From the NCBI GenBank assembly GCA_963664815.2, contig CAXXHB010000003.1, positions 1,632,001 to 1,696,000 on the forward strand: a stretch of DNA of 64,000 nucleotides, read 5' to 3'. A program made the translations under genes and the position numbers. Below the pieces are notes generated by a model, which ran no database searches, was not told the origin of the DNA, and saw only the letters and a list, made by a program, of their open reading frames with translations. Below, in pieces: positions 27,032 to 37,893 of the stretch (position 1 is the stretch's first letter; every line of letters starts with the position of its first letter). The DNA comes from Spirochaetota bacterium (lineage in GTDB: Bacteria > Spirochaetota > UBA4802 > UBA5550).

Positions 27032-29197
27032 ATGATCAGTGAGCGTGAAATAAGGAATATACTCGGGAAGGTTCCGGGATTGGTGTATCGCTGTCTAAAA
27101 GACCCGGACTGGACAGTTGAATATATAAGCGAAGGATCTTTCCCCTTGACCGGTTATCACCCGGACGAACTTATACTCAACAGAAACATGCCGTACAGAA
27201 GCATTATTCACAGTGACGACAGAAGATATGTCAGTGAAGAGATTCATAAGTCTATAATGAGAAAAGAACAGTGGGAGATAGAATACAGAATCATCACTCG
27301 TGATAATATCGGGAAATGGGTATTTGAGCGCGGCCAGGTTTCAGGTTTAAATCCTGAGGGCATAGAAATACTTGAGGGATTTATTACCGATATTACTGAT
27401 CAGAAGAAATCAGAAAACGACATGAGGGTGAGTGAGGAGCAGTATCGAACCCTTTTTGAAAATACAGGGTCGGGAATAATTGTAATTGAAGAGGATACCA
27501 CTATCAGCCTTGCAAACCAGATCTTTGCAGATAATACAGGCTATACAAGGGAGGAGATACAGAACCGGAAGAAGTGGACCGAAATGGTTTATAAAGATGA
27601 TATTGAGTATGCATTGAAGGAACACCATCTGAGGCGGGAGAATCCGTCACAGGCAAGGTCAAGCTATGAATGCAGGTTTATAAACAGGAATAATGAAATA
27701 GGGTACTACCTACTCTTCGTTTCTGTTATACCGGGTACAAAAAGAAGCATCGCATCACTTGTCGATATAACCGACCGTAAAAAAGCCGAAGCCGCCCTGG
27801 AGGCTGCGGAAGAGAAGTACCGCAACCTTCTTATGAATGCCCCTATAGGCATTTTCAGAACCGAGGTGCATATGGGTCTTTTACTCGAGGCAAATGACTG
27901 CTTTGCGCAGTTGTTCGGATACAGGGACAGGGATGATATGCTGTCTGAACCTGTATATATTGAAAATTTCTATGTTGATAAAAATGCCCGGAAGGAGATG
28001 GTGGATATTCTCAAGGAGCATGGAGAAATAAAGAACTACGAAGCTGAGTTTATTCGCAGGGACGGCTCAACTTTCTGGATACGCTACTCGGTTAATCTTG
28101 TTGCTGATAAGGGATGGATTGAAGGAATAAATGAGGATATTACCGATCTGAAAATTTCAGAAGAGGAGAGAAACATCATATTCAATGAACTGATAGCCAG
28201 CGAGAAGAAGTACAGGCTTATCTTTGAAAACTCGCCGATGGGATTGTTTCATTTCAACAAAAGCGGGATTATAACCGACTGCAATCCTGCATTTGAGAAG
28301 ATTACAGAATCCGGATGGTCAGTTATAATAGGTCAGGATATGCTGAAGCTGTATAACGCAGGGATTGTTTCCGCAGCTGCTGATGCGTTATATGGTTACC
28401 CGGCTAATTACCAGGGTGTTTACCGTATTCTTAAGTCGGGGAAAGATAAGCTTGTAAATATACAGTTTGAACCTGCGTATGATGAACACAAGACCATCAC
28501 CGGCGGGATAGGGATAGTGCAGGACATTACGTATACCCGTGGAGTGGAAAGGGCTATATTCGATGAACTTGAGAAGGAGCGTTCGCGCATAGGGCATATA
28601 CTTCATGACAGCCTTGGTCAGAAGCTGGGGGCGGTTCTTTATCTATCACAGGCATTTCACCGAAAGTATAATAAAATCGGCAAGTTATCAGAACATGATC
28701 TGGGGCAGCTGGTTGAAATCGCTTCGTCTGCACTTGAAGAGACCCGGACACTCAGCAGGGGGCTTGATCTGTCAGTTATTGATACAGGTGGATTTATTGA
28801 GTCTCTTGGAGAGGTCGCAATGAGTACCAGAAGTGTGTATGGAATTGATGTGGATATTGATGTAAAGGATTCAATAAATTGTTTTGAAAAATTAAAACTT
28901 GTAAACCTGTATTATATAATACTTGAGTCGATAAATAATGCAATAAAGCATGGCAGGGCATCCAAAATATTGCTGAGGTATTACATGGAAAGTACAAAAG
29001 GCTTCTTTATAATCGAAAGCAGACAGAGATCTGTTATGAAGAATGAAAATTCAGGTATGGGGCTCAGAATAATGAAATACCGTGCCGAAGTAGCAGGAAT
29101 GGATTTTAGCATAAGTTCTGAAGGGAAAAAAGTTGTGGTAGCTGTTTCACTGGGGGACTGCCATGATGACGTTAATATTGAGAAACAGAGAGTTTAG
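27032..29197 (+). CDS. Multi-PAS sensor histidine kinase (HisKA_3 type)
   Basis: Four PAS/PAC units ending in DIT; ERSRIGHILHDSLGQ H-box; ESINNAIKHG N-box. Confidence 0.9.
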   Translation: MISEREIRNILGKVPGLVYRCLKDPDWTVEYISEGSFPLTGYHPDELILNRNMPYRSIIHSDDRRYVSEEIHKSIMRKEQWEIEYRIITRDNIGKWVFERGQVSGLNPEGIEILEGFITDITDQKKSENDMRVSEEQYRTLFENTGSGIIVIEEDTTISLANQIFADNTGYTREEIQNRKKWTEMVYKDDIEYALKEHHLRRENPSQARSSYECRFINRNNEIGYYLLFVSVIPGTKRSIASLVDITDRKKAEAALEAAEEKYRNLLMNAPIGIFRTEVHMGLLLEANDCFAQLFGYRDRDDMLSEPVYIENFYVDKNARKEMVDILKEHGEIKNYEAEFIRRDGSTFWIRYSVNLVADKGWIEGINEDITDLKISEEERNIIFNELIASEKKYRLIFENSPMGLFHFNKSGIITDCNPAFEKITESGWSVIIGQDMLKLYNAGIVSAAADALYGYPANYQGVYRILKSGKDKLVNIQFEPAYDEHKTITGGIGIVQDITYTRGVERAIFDELEKERSRIGHILHDSLGQKLGAVLYLSQAFHRKYNKIGKLSEHDLGQLVEIASSALEETRTLSRGLDLSVIDTGGFIESLGEVAMSTRSVYGIDVDIDVKDSINCFEKLKLVNLYYIILESINNAIKHGRASKILLRYYMESTKGFFIIESRQRSVMKNENSGMGLRIMKYRAEVAGMDFSISSEGKKVVVAVSLGDCHDDVNIEKQRV

Positions 29198-29209
29198 AGT
29201 GGTAATTAT

Positions 29210-29860
29210 ATGAGCGGATCAAAAATAAGAGTAATGCTTCTTGACGACCATCCTGCAATAAGGCATGGGCTTGCAATGGCTATTGATCTTGAGGATGATA
29301 TGATTGTAACTGCACAGAGTCCTGATGTGAATGGAGCAATGAATATACTAGCAAAGGAAGAGACAGATGTGGTTCTAGTTGATATATCTCTTGAAGGAAC
29401 GGCAGACGGTTTCGATTTCATAAAGGGGGCACATGAGAGGTATCCCGGTGTAAAGACAGTGGTTCTCTCCATGTACGATGAGGCCTTTTATGCTGAAAAG
29501 GCAATTCAGTCCGGCGCAACGGGATATATAACCAAGAGGGAACCTGTTCAGGTGATAATCACAGGGATACGGGATGTAATGAAGGGGAATCTTTATCTTC
29601 CTGGTGATATTTCGGGGAAGCTGATTAAAAAACTGATGAAAATGGATATGCCGGAGAAAGATCATTACAGCGGCCTTACACCCCGCGAGTGTGATGTGCT
29701 TCGTCTTATAGGAGCGGGATATACTCCGCAGGAGATTGCAAGAGAACTAAATCTGAGCGTAAATACAGTTGAAACCCACCGCAGGCATCTGAAGGAGAAG
29801 CTTGGTCTGGAGAGCAGCAGGGAGCTGTTCAAGCATGCCATAAAAGTATCGGAAAAATAA
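29210..29860 (+). CDS. NarL/FixJ family response regulator
   Basis: REC domain (LLDDH, VDIS, YITK) plus LuxR HTH (LTPRE...IARELNLSVNTVETHR). Confidence 0.95.
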   Translation: MSGSKIRVMLLDDHPAIRHGLAMAIDLEDDMIVTAQSPDVNGAMNILAKEETDVVLVDISLEGTADGFDFIKGAHERYPGVKTVVLSMYDEAFYAEKAIQSGATGYITKREPVQVIITGIRDVMKGNLYLPGDISGKLIKKLMKMDMPEKDHYSGLTPRECDVLRLIGAGYTPQEIARELNLSVNTVETHRRHLKEKLGLESSRELFKHAIKVSEK

Positions 29861-30045
29861 AAATTATATATCCTTTCTGTCACAGCCGTATGTTATACAT
29901 AACATTTATCTGTGATGTTGTTATTCTGTCTCCATGTTATTGAATAAAAGCAATTTTATGGTTATGTATACTAGTTTTATTGTTAATGCAGCATTTTAAG
30001 ATTGAAATAGAAAATAGTCTGTCAATCGACAGAATCAATACACCG

Positions 30046-30147
30046 CATTTCGAAGAAGCGATAGCGACTGAGCAGTTCGGCAGACTCACTGACCGTTATA
30101 AATGGCTGCTGAGTTTAGCCGAAGCAATCACATACGTTCGAAATGAC
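30046..30147. repeat. Nested REP/MITE-like palindromic element
   Basis: Outer IR CATTTCGAA / TTCGAAATG and inner IR TTCGGCAGACTCA / TGAGTTTAGCCGAA; GC-richer than its flanks. Confidence 0.5.
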
Positions 30148-30468
30148 AAGGTCTGATTATTTCGTAAAATGCTATAGTTTAAATCGTTTAATTTATTAAT
30201 GTATATTTTTTAAGGTGAGGTTATTCCGATGGGCAAATACTTCGCGGAAACCTTACCGCTATAAATAAACGTAAATGTATTATACCTGTTAAAAACTAAT
30301 TAATTTAATCCCTTATGGCCGTTCATGATGTGGTGCAATGAGCCTGTCGATGGCAGGATTTGTATCAGGTACCATTTTGAGCGGCATATGAAGTTTTTAC
30401 TGTTTTAAAAAGCTGTGACTGCGAAATCTTAAAGACTTGCAGGTTAATATATATACGGATTTAATGAA

Positions 30469-33400
30469 GTGAATTTCTATAATAAGACAATTCTTCTTGT
30501 TGAAGATGAAGCAATAAATGCCAGGTTGAGCAAAAGAGCTCTTGAAAAATACGGGTACCGGGTGATACATGCAACTTCCGGCGAGGAAGCAGTGACTATC
30601 ATTAAGTCCACGCCGGAAATTGACCTGGCACTTATGGATATAGACCTGGGTGACGGCATTGACGGAACCGAGGCCGCAGAGATAATCCTTGAGAATCGTG
30701 ATATACCGCTTGTTTTCCTTTCCTCACATACAGAACCGGAAATAGTAAAAAAAACTGAAGAGATAACCTCCTATGGCTATATAGTCAAGAATTCCGGAGA
30801 TACTATTCTTATGGCCTCCATGAAGATGGCCTTCAGGCTTTTTGAGGCCAGGAAAAAGGAGGAGGAGAACGAGAGAAGGTTAACCGAAAGTGAGATGTAT
30901 TACCGCTCGATCTTTGAATATACCGGGACATCCATGTTTATTGTGGAGAATGATATGACAATCGTCATGGTCAATGACGAGTTTATCCATCGCTTCGGTT
31001 ACTCCAGGGAGGAGGTTGTCGGGATTATGAAATGGCCGGAGATTATACACCCTGACAGCTTAGAGTTTATGAAAGAACAGCACCGCCTGAGGCGTGTAAA
31101 TGAAAAAGAGGCATGGCAGGGATATGAACTAAAATACATAACCAGAACGGGGGAAACGCGCTTTGCATTCATTACAGTCGGGATGATACCCGGCACAGAA
31201 AGAAGCATTGCCTCGATAACAGATCTGAATGATCAGAAGAATGCAGAGATGGTTATAATTAATAAAAACGAAGAGCTGGCCGCCATGAATGAGGAGTTTG
31301 AAGCCGCAAACGAGGAACTTATTCAGATCATAAGCCAGCTTGAAGAGAGAGAGGATGAGTATCGTGTTCTCCTTGAAACATCATCTTCGGGAGTCTATAT
31401 AGTTTCAGAGGGGAAATTGAGTATTTTCAATCACTCGGTTGTAGATATTACAGGGTATCCCGAGGATGAACTGCTGAGTAAACCGCTTATATCTTTTATT
31501 CATCCCGATGATGTTGAGATGGTAATAGAACATTACAACAGTATAATCAGAAACAAAGATATTGAGATAAATACTCCCATGAGGATTTTATCACCGGATA
31601 ATAAGATCAGGTGGATTGGTTTAAAATCCAGGTTTATAAAATGGGGGGGGAAAAAGGCAACATTAAATTTTATCAGCGATATAACCGCACGAAAGGAGGC
31701 GGAGGAGTCTCTGATTATAGCGGAGGAAACATACAGGGATCTTTTTATGAATTCCCAGGTCGGAATTTTCAGGACAGAAACAGATACAGGGATGGTTGTG
31801 GAAGCGAATGATTATTTTGCACAGTTGTTGGGGTACAGAAACCGTGATGATATGCTGGCTGAACCGGTCTGTGTTAAAGGGTGGTACGCAGATTCCGGAG
31901 AGCGTGAAAAAATTATTGATATACTGAAAGAGAAGGGTGAACTGAAAAACTATGATGCCCGTTTCAGAAGGGATAATGGTCCTGTTATCTGGCTCAGATA
32001 TTCCGCCAGGCTTCTGCCTGAAACAGGCTGGATGCAGGGCGTTCTTGTCGACATTACAGAGCTTAAAAATACACAGGATGCCCTCCGTATAAGTGAGAAC
32101 AAGTACAGAAGAATATTTGAAAATGTACAGGATGTGGTCTATCAGGTTGATCTTTCGGGAACTATTATCGAAGTCAGCCCCTCAATAGAGACTTTCTCCG
32201 GTTATAAGCGTTCTGAACTGATTGGAACGTCCGTTCTGGATATTTACCATAATCCGCTGGAAAGGGAACGGTTTTTAAAAATGATTTCCGTTAACAGCAG
32301 TGTTATTGATTACGAATTAGAGATGAAATTAAATAGTAACAGCCTGATTACAGTTGCTGCAAATTCTCATTTAATATATGATCAGGATGGGAGACCGGCG
32401 GGAATTGAAGGTTCACTTCATGATATTACACTGCGCAAAAAGGTGGAGGAAGCTCTTATCAATGAAAAGGAGCGTCTTGACGGTGTGATCAGGGGTACCA
32501 ATGCAGGCTCCTGGGAATGGAATATCCAGACTGGCGAGGCTGTTCTTAATGACCGGTGGGCTGAAATTATCGGTTACAGGCTGGAAGAACTTTTCCCGAT
32601 ATCTATTGAGACATGGATTGCACATCTGCACCCTGATGATCTGTATAAAGCCCGGGATCTTCTTCGTAAGCATTTTAACGGCACACTCGATTATTTTGAT
32701 GCAGAACTCAGGATGAGGCACAAAAACGGAGGCTGGGTCTGGGTGCTTGACCGCGGCAGGGTTTCAAAATGGTCTCCCGGAGGGAAACCTCTTCTTATGA
32801 TGGGGACTCATATGGATATATCCGGACGTAAGGAGTCTGAAGAGAAGATATACCAGATAAACAGAGCTAAGTCGATGTACCTTGCAAGGCTGGGTCATGA
32901 AATAAGAACGCCTTTGAGTGCAGTAACTGGAATGATAGAACTGGCGCTCGGCACCGATCTTGAAAGCGAGAGACTTGAGTATCTTAATACTGCAAAACAG
33001 TCATCTTCTCACCTTATAAGCCTTATCAACGATGTCCTTGACTATTCAAAAATTGAGGCCGGGGCTCTTGTACTAGAGTCTGTTCCCTTTAATCCACTTG
33101 AAGAGATACGGAATGTAATATCAATTTTTAAATATATCTGTTCAGAAAAAAACATATACCTGAACCTCAATGCGGATAATAATACATTGAATTACTGTTT
33201 TTCAGGTGATCCGACGCGTTTCAGGCAGGTTATTATCAACATTATAGGTAATGCCGTGAAGTTTACTGAAACCGGCGGCATTAATGTAATCATGGAATAT
33301 TCGGACGTCGGTTTTACTGACGGTATCGTTAATCTCAATATCAGGATTAAGGATACCGGTACTGGTATTCCGGCAGAGAAAATTGATATTATTTTCGATA

Positions 33401-34026
33401 ATTTCTCACAGGCAGAACCCGGCATATCGGGGAAGTATGGCGGATCTGGCCTTGGACTTGCAATTACCAGGGAACTTGTTGAAATGATGGGTGGGCGGGT
33501 AATGGTTGAAAGTTCCCCAGGCAAAGGGAGCCTTTTTATTATTGATATACCGTTGAAAACAGCATGTATGCGTGAAGGAGCTGCCACTGAAGCGATTGAA
33601 GAAAGAATGCATGAATGCCGGATTAACTGCAATACGGGCTACTCGGTTCTTGTTGCAGAAGATAACCCGGTTATAATGAAGCTGGTCTCTGTATTGCTGG
33701 GGAAAAACGGTTTCATGGTAACCGGAGCTGTTAATGGAGCAGAAGTAATTGAAACCCTGTCTGAAAAAAGGTTTGATGTCGTTCTTATGGACCTGGAAAT
33801 GCCTGTTTTTGACGGGCTTGAAACAGCCGGGAGAATAAGGAGTGGCATAGCGGGGGGAGAAAATATAGATATACCGATTATTGCGCTTACAGCTCATAAA
33901 TCGGATGAAATTAACAGCAAATGCATTGAAGCTGGTATGGATGGTATACTGCTAAAACCTATGAAGATTGATCTCTTTATATCGATGGTTAAAAGCCTTA
34001 TTGAGACAAAAGGCAGGAATTGTTAA
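30469..34026 (+). CDS. Hybrid sensor kinase REC-PAS(x5)-HisKA-HATPase-REC
   Basis: N-terminal REC, PAS repeats, GHEIRTPL, NAVKFT, DTGTGI, GGSGLGL, C-terminal REC. Confidence 0.93.
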   Translation: MNFYNKTILLVEDEAINARLSKRALEKYGYRVIHATSGEEAVTIIKSTPEIDLALMDIDLGDGIDGTEAAEIILENRDIPLVFLSSHTEPEIVKKTEEITSYGYIVKNSGDTILMASMKMAFRLFEARKKEEENERRLTESEMYYRSIFEYTGTSMFIVENDMTIVMVNDEFIHRFGYSREEVVGIMKWPEIIHPDSLEFMKEQHRLRRVNEKEAWQGYELKYITRTGETRFAFITVGMIPGTERSIASITDLNDQKNAEMVIINKNEELAAMNEEFEAANEELIQIISQLEEREDEYRVLLETSSSGVYIVSEGKLSIFNHSVVDITGYPEDELLSKPLISFIHPDDVEMVIEHYNSIIRNKDIEINTPMRILSPDNKIRWIGLKSRFIKWGGKKATLNFISDITARKEAEESLIIAEETYRDLFMNSQVGIFRTETDTGMVVEANDYFAQLLGYRNRDDMLAEPVCVKGWYADSGEREKIIDILKEKGELKNYDARFRRDNGPVIWLRYSARLLPETGWMQGVLVDITELKNTQDALRISENKYRRIFENVQDVVYQVDLSGTIIEVSPSIETFSGYKRSELIGTSVLDIYHNPLERERFLKMISVNSSVIDYELEMKLNSNSLITVAANSHLIYDQDGRPAGIEGSLHDITLRKKVEEALINEKERLDGVIRGTNAGSWEWNIQTGEAVLNDRWAEIIGYRLEELFPISIETWIAHLHPDDLYKARDLLRKHFNGTLDYFDAELRMRHKNGGWVWVLDRGRVSKWSPGGKPLLMMGTHMDISGRKESEEKIYQINRAKSMYLARLGHEIRTPLSAVTGMIELALGTDLESERLEYLNTAKQSSSHLISLINDVLDYSKIEAGALVLESVPFNPLEEIRNVISIFKYICSEKNIYLNLNADNNTLNYCFSGDPTRFRQVIINIIGNAVKFTETGGINVIMEYSDVGFTDGIVNLNIRIKDTGTGIPAEKIDIIFDNFSQAEPGISGKYGGSGLGLAITRELVEMMGGRVMVESSPGKGSLFIIDIPLKTACMREGAATEAIEERMHECRINCNTGYSVLVAEDNPVIMKLVSVLLGKNGFMVTGAVNGAEVIETLSEKRFDVVLMDLEMPVFDGLETAGRIRSGIAGGENIDIPIIALTAHKSDEINSKCIEAGMDGILLKPMKIDLFISMVKSLIETKGRNC

Positions 34027-34266
34027 CCTCAATCTGTTTGAGATCCTGCCAAAATACGTCACAGTCCCGTATATTATAAAAACAAATACCATGATATCGT
34101 ATAAGATAGACGTTAAGGCTGTTTCTCTGATTTTATAATTCCTATGTTTTAATTGCGACTCCGGTGTTATTTCTGTCAATATTGACATAGTATTAAATTA
34201 TTCACCGGAGCCGCAATCACAACCGGGTATTTTTAGAGGAATAGCTTTTTTAATGATATATAATTG

Positions 34267-36423
34267 TTACATAAATTTTCTTGAATCATTTTTTATTGCT
34301 TCAAAGACCAGCTCTGCTATATCCATAACCTTAATTGTTTCATAACCGAGTTCAGTTACACCGTCTGAAAGCATAGTCATGCAAAACGGACAGGCAGTGC
34401 AGATGCTGCCGGCGCCTGACCTTTTGGCATTCTCTGCTCTGAAACGGTTAATACGGCTCCCCAGGTGTTCTTCAATAAACATCCGGCTGCCCCCTGCGCC
34501 GCAGCAGAAGCTTGTATCATGATTTCTGCTCATCTCAACATATTCAGTACCGGGAACAGCCTTGATAACATCCCTTGGCTGTGAATAGATATCATTATAT
34601 CTGCCGAGAAAGCATGAATCATGATATGTAATTTTCTCTTTATAAGCCTGTTTCAGCTTAATTTTTCCGCTCCTGACAAGATCGGAAATAACTTCTGTAT
34701 GGTGGAATACTTCAATATTATATTCAAGAGGTTTCCCGTCGGAACCGATACCTATTTCAGCAAAAGAAGCATATTCTTTCTTAAAAATATTATATCCATG
34801 AGGACATGTTGTAATAATCTTTTTAACACCGTAGGATTTGAATGTTTCAAGATTCTGTGTCGCAAGAGAATGGAACAGGTATTCATTCCCGCCTCTCATC
34901 GCTGCATCTCCACAGCATGCCTCTTCTGCGCCAAGAATACCGACTTTGAGACCGGCTTTTTTCATAATGTTAAGAAGGGCTATTGCAACTTTCTGGTTTC
35001 TTTTGTCATATGAAGCGGCGCATCCAACGAAATAAACATAGTCAACCTCGGGATCTTCCGCAAGCGTTTTTACTCCAAGATCAGCCGGGAGCCATGCACC
35101 TCTTTCACCGAATGCAAAACCATACGGATTAAAGTTTGTTTCCATATTCATGAAAGTTGTCTGCAGTTCGGGTGCCATATCCCCTTCCATGAGAACCTTG
35201 TATCTTCTCATATCGATTATTTTAGGGACATGCTCAATATTTACCGGGCAGGCATTCATACATGCTGCACAGTTTGTACATGACCAGAATTCATCAGGCT
35301 GTACTGATCCGGAACCATCAGTATTGTTTCCGATAAGAGGAAAAGTTTCCGGAATCGCCATGTTCTCAGCAGCAATAAGCTGAGGTATACGGATATCCAT
35401 ATTATCTTTTACATCATTGATCAGTTTTTTAGGGGAGAGAGGTTTTTCTGTGAGGTAAGCCGGGCAGTTATCCTGGCATCTTCCGCATCTTGTGCATGCG
35501 TCTCCATCCATCAGCTGTTTCCATGTAAACTCCTCTACTTTGTTTACTCCGAAACTTTCTGATGTTTCAAAGACTTCCGGATTGATTACAGGAACTGAAT
35601 ATCTGGTCTTTGGCGATTCATTTTTAAGATTTCCATAATATATATTCAGAAATGAAATAGCAATATGACCCAACTTATCTGTTGCAAGAAGTCCTATAAA
35701 ACTCCACGCTGCAACTGCATGTATCCACCAGTTGATATAGTGAGTAGTCCTGAGAACACCTTCTCCTGCCAAAGAGAAAGGCATAGCAAGAACATAACCG
35801 AAAGGTGATGCAACTTTTTCAAACACAGGAAAATCTGTAAGAGCAATTCTTATTGCTTCATTGACAAAGCCGCTGATAATAATCAGTGTAAGAAAAACCA
35901 GAGCAAAAGTATCAACTCCCTTTGTGTCGAGTCTTGAAGGCTTTAGTACATATCTTCTGTATATTGCCATACAAAGACCAATAAGAACAATCAATCCGAA
36001 TATATCGCCAGTCAGAGACCAGATTATATAAAAATTACCATGTATGAAATGATAATTAAAAAACAGCCCGGTGAAATCTTCCTGTATAATGATTGTTATT
36101 GTAACAAAAAAAAGAACAACAAAACCGAAAAAAATAGTGGCATGCATTATACCTGCGTATTTTTCTTTGATAACTTTTACCTGCAGAAAGCCATATTTGA
36201 TAACAGCCAGAATCCGTTTTTCGGGGAAATCTGTCCTGAGCTCCTTTACCCCATGTCTCCATATCTGCACTTTCTTAATAATAGTGTAGATCATATAAAA
36301 AAGAGCGGTAAACCCGAAAAGGTAAATTCCCCATCTCATAAATCCATGCGGTCCTCCGACATTAAAATAAAACTCGCGTGTAATGTCGGTATTTGCTATA
36401 CCAAAAGAATCGGCAATACTCAT
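34267..36423 (-). CDS. Membrane-bound Fe-S oxidoreductase (HdrD/FadF-like; NarI-like TM, 2x4Fe-4S, CCG domains)
   Basis: CTRCGRCQDNCP, CTNCAACMNACP, ACCGD, YHDSCFLGR, FCCGAGG; GGAGG RBS before ATG 36423. Confidence 0.9.
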   Translation of the reverse strand: MSIADSFGIANTDITREFYFNVGGPHGFMRWGIYLFGFTALFYMIYTIIKKVQIWRHGVKELRTDFPEKRILAVIKYGFLQVKVIKEKYAGIMHATIFFGFVVLFFVTITIIIQEDFTGLFFNYHFIHGNFYIIWSLTGDIFGLIVLIGLCMAIYRRYVLKPSRLDTKGVDTFALVFLTLIIISGFVNEAIRIALTDFPVFEKVASPFGYVLAMPFSLAGEGVLRTTHYINWWIHAVAAWSFIGLLATDKLGHIAISFLNIYYGNLKNESPKTRYSVPVINPEVFETSESFGVNKVEEFTWKQLMDGDACTRCGRCQDNCPAYLTEKPLSPKKLINDVKDNMDIRIPQLIAAENMAIPETFPLIGNNTDGSGSVQPDEFWSCTNCAACMNACPVNIEHVPKIIDMRRYKVLMEGDMAPELQTTFMNMETNFNPYGFAFGERGAWLPADLGVKTLAEDPEVDYVYFVGCAASYDKRNQKVAIALLNIMKKAGLKVGILGAEEACCGDAAMRGGNEYLFHSLATQNLETFKSYGVKKIITTCPHGYNIFKKEYASFAEIGIGSDGKPLEYNIEVFHHTEVISDLVRSGKIKLKQAYKEKITYHDSCFLGRYNDIYSQPRDVIKAVPGTEYVEMSRNHDTSFCCGAGGSRMFIEEHLGSRINRFRAENAKRSGAGSICTACPFCMTMLSDGVTELGYETIKVMDIAELVFEAIKNDSRKFM

Positions 36424-36545
36424 ATTATTTATCCTCCGGAGATATCGTACATGTAAATTATTAGATATCTGAATGCTGATTTTAATAAAAAACAGCATTC
36501 CTTTAACATCTGCATTTCATCCCGATTTATTTTTAAATTCAGTTT

Positions 36546-36595
36546 TTAATAGACTATTAATTACCAACTGTCGCCCGGGTTACTAAACCCGCACC
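36546..36595 (-). promoter_or_regulatory. Candidate AraC-dependent promoter element
   Basis: Minus-strand GGTGCGGGTTTAGTAACCCGGGCGAC has the same architecture as 17169-17194. Confidence 0.45.
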
Positions 36596-36765
36596 ATTTT
36601 CTTAATAATGCCGAGAATTGTCTGATAATTTTAAATAGCTGTTAATTAAAAAAAGAACAGGTTAAAAATTTGGATTAAGGTGCAGCCAGGATTCCTCATC
36701 CAGCTTCATATTTGTACATCTGTTACTGCAGTTACTGCAATGCCCGGCAGGCTGATATTCAGTTT

Positions 36766-37893
36766 TTAATCGGATAGATTTGTGCGGTATTCTTTTGGTG
36801 TTTTTCCGGTAAATTTTTTAAACATGGTGTTGAATGTTGACTTGGAATTGAACCCAGAGTTGTAGGCGATTGTCAGAATGTTCTGGTCGTTGTAGTCCGC
36901 GTTAATCAGTTTCTGTTTTACTTCATCAACACGGTAGCTGTTTATAAAGTTATAAAAATTCTGTTTAAAGTGAATGTTCAATATCATGGAAAGATGGTGC
37001 GTGGATAGAGAGAGTTCGTCAGACAGATCCTGGAGTGTCAGTTCCTCACGAAGGTAGGGCTTTTCTTTGATCATGAATTCCTGCAGTTTTTTCACATAAT
37101 ATTCTTCTTTAAATGCCGGCAGCCGGAGTTTTTCATATTTTGGCTGTGATACCATTCGATCATTGGGTATGGTATTTTCAATTATATGTATCCGGTTGAA
37201 TATTTCAGGCTGTAATATTGCAATAAAAGCAATTCCAAAAAGAAGACCAAGACCGCTGAGGATTGCAATAACATCATATAATTCAAGATTCTGTCTAATA
37301 TGATTTTCCCGTGTGTAAGGCAGAAATATTAAAATAACAGTCAGAATCAGAACAACCAGGACTACACGAAAAAGTGACAGCTTCATTGTGTCTATATCGG
37401 AAAAATAATCTTTCAGCCGCCCGATATATTTCTGAAGTATTACAAGGGAGAGAATATAGAGTATGGCTTCAAAAAACAGTCCACCTCCATTAATTAATAT
37501 ATTTGCATATATTATAATTTCCGGTATTTGTGGTGTGTTGAATGTGTAAAACAGGATGATATTGACTCCAAGAGCAGTTATGAATGGCACATAAAGCAGC
37601 AGGTATTTCTTTGAAGAAATATTTATCCGTGCAGTCAAAAGAGCAATGTATAAAAACATTGACGGGCCGAAGATAAATGAATATGGAATTATACTCAGCT
37701 GGTATGGGCGTGCCGGGCCGATGAGTCCCCTGGAGCCAAGATATAGTTCGAGCATATCTAAAGCTGTAAAAAACATAATAAGCGCAAGATACCTGTTGGC
37801 TATACGGTTGTTTTTTTTGACTAGCAATACAAAAAATAAAAATAAGGCCTGGATTGTGCCGAACAGACAGATTGTTTCAAATATTCCCCTCAT
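36766..37893 (-). CDS. Membrane-anchored AraC family regulator
   Basis: TM N-terminus; KPYLREELTLQDLS...FINSYR...GFNSKSTFN...TP. Confidence 0.9.
   Translation of the reverse strand: MRGIFETICLFGTIQALFLFFVLLVKKNNRIANRYLALIMFFTALDMLELYLGSRGLIGPARPYQLSIIPYSFIFGPSMFLYIALLTARINISSKKYLLLYVPFITALGVNIILFYTFNTPQIPEIIIYANILINGGGLFFEAILYILSLVILQKYIGRLKDYFSDIDTMKLSLFRVVLVVLILTVILIFLPYTRENHIRQNLELYDVIAILSGLGLLFGIAFIAILQPEIFNRIHIIENTIPNDRMVSQPKYEKLRLPAFKEEYYVKKLQEFMIKEKPYLREELTLQDLSDELSLSTHHLSMILNIHFKQNFYNFINSYRVDEVKQKLINADYNDQNILTIAYNSGFNSKSTFNTMFKKFTGKTPKEYRTNLSD

Noticed and set aside
30225-30260. c-di-GMP-I riboswitch suggested by GGGCAAA
   Set aside because: The following GAAA-loop stem and GACGCAAAG motif are absent.
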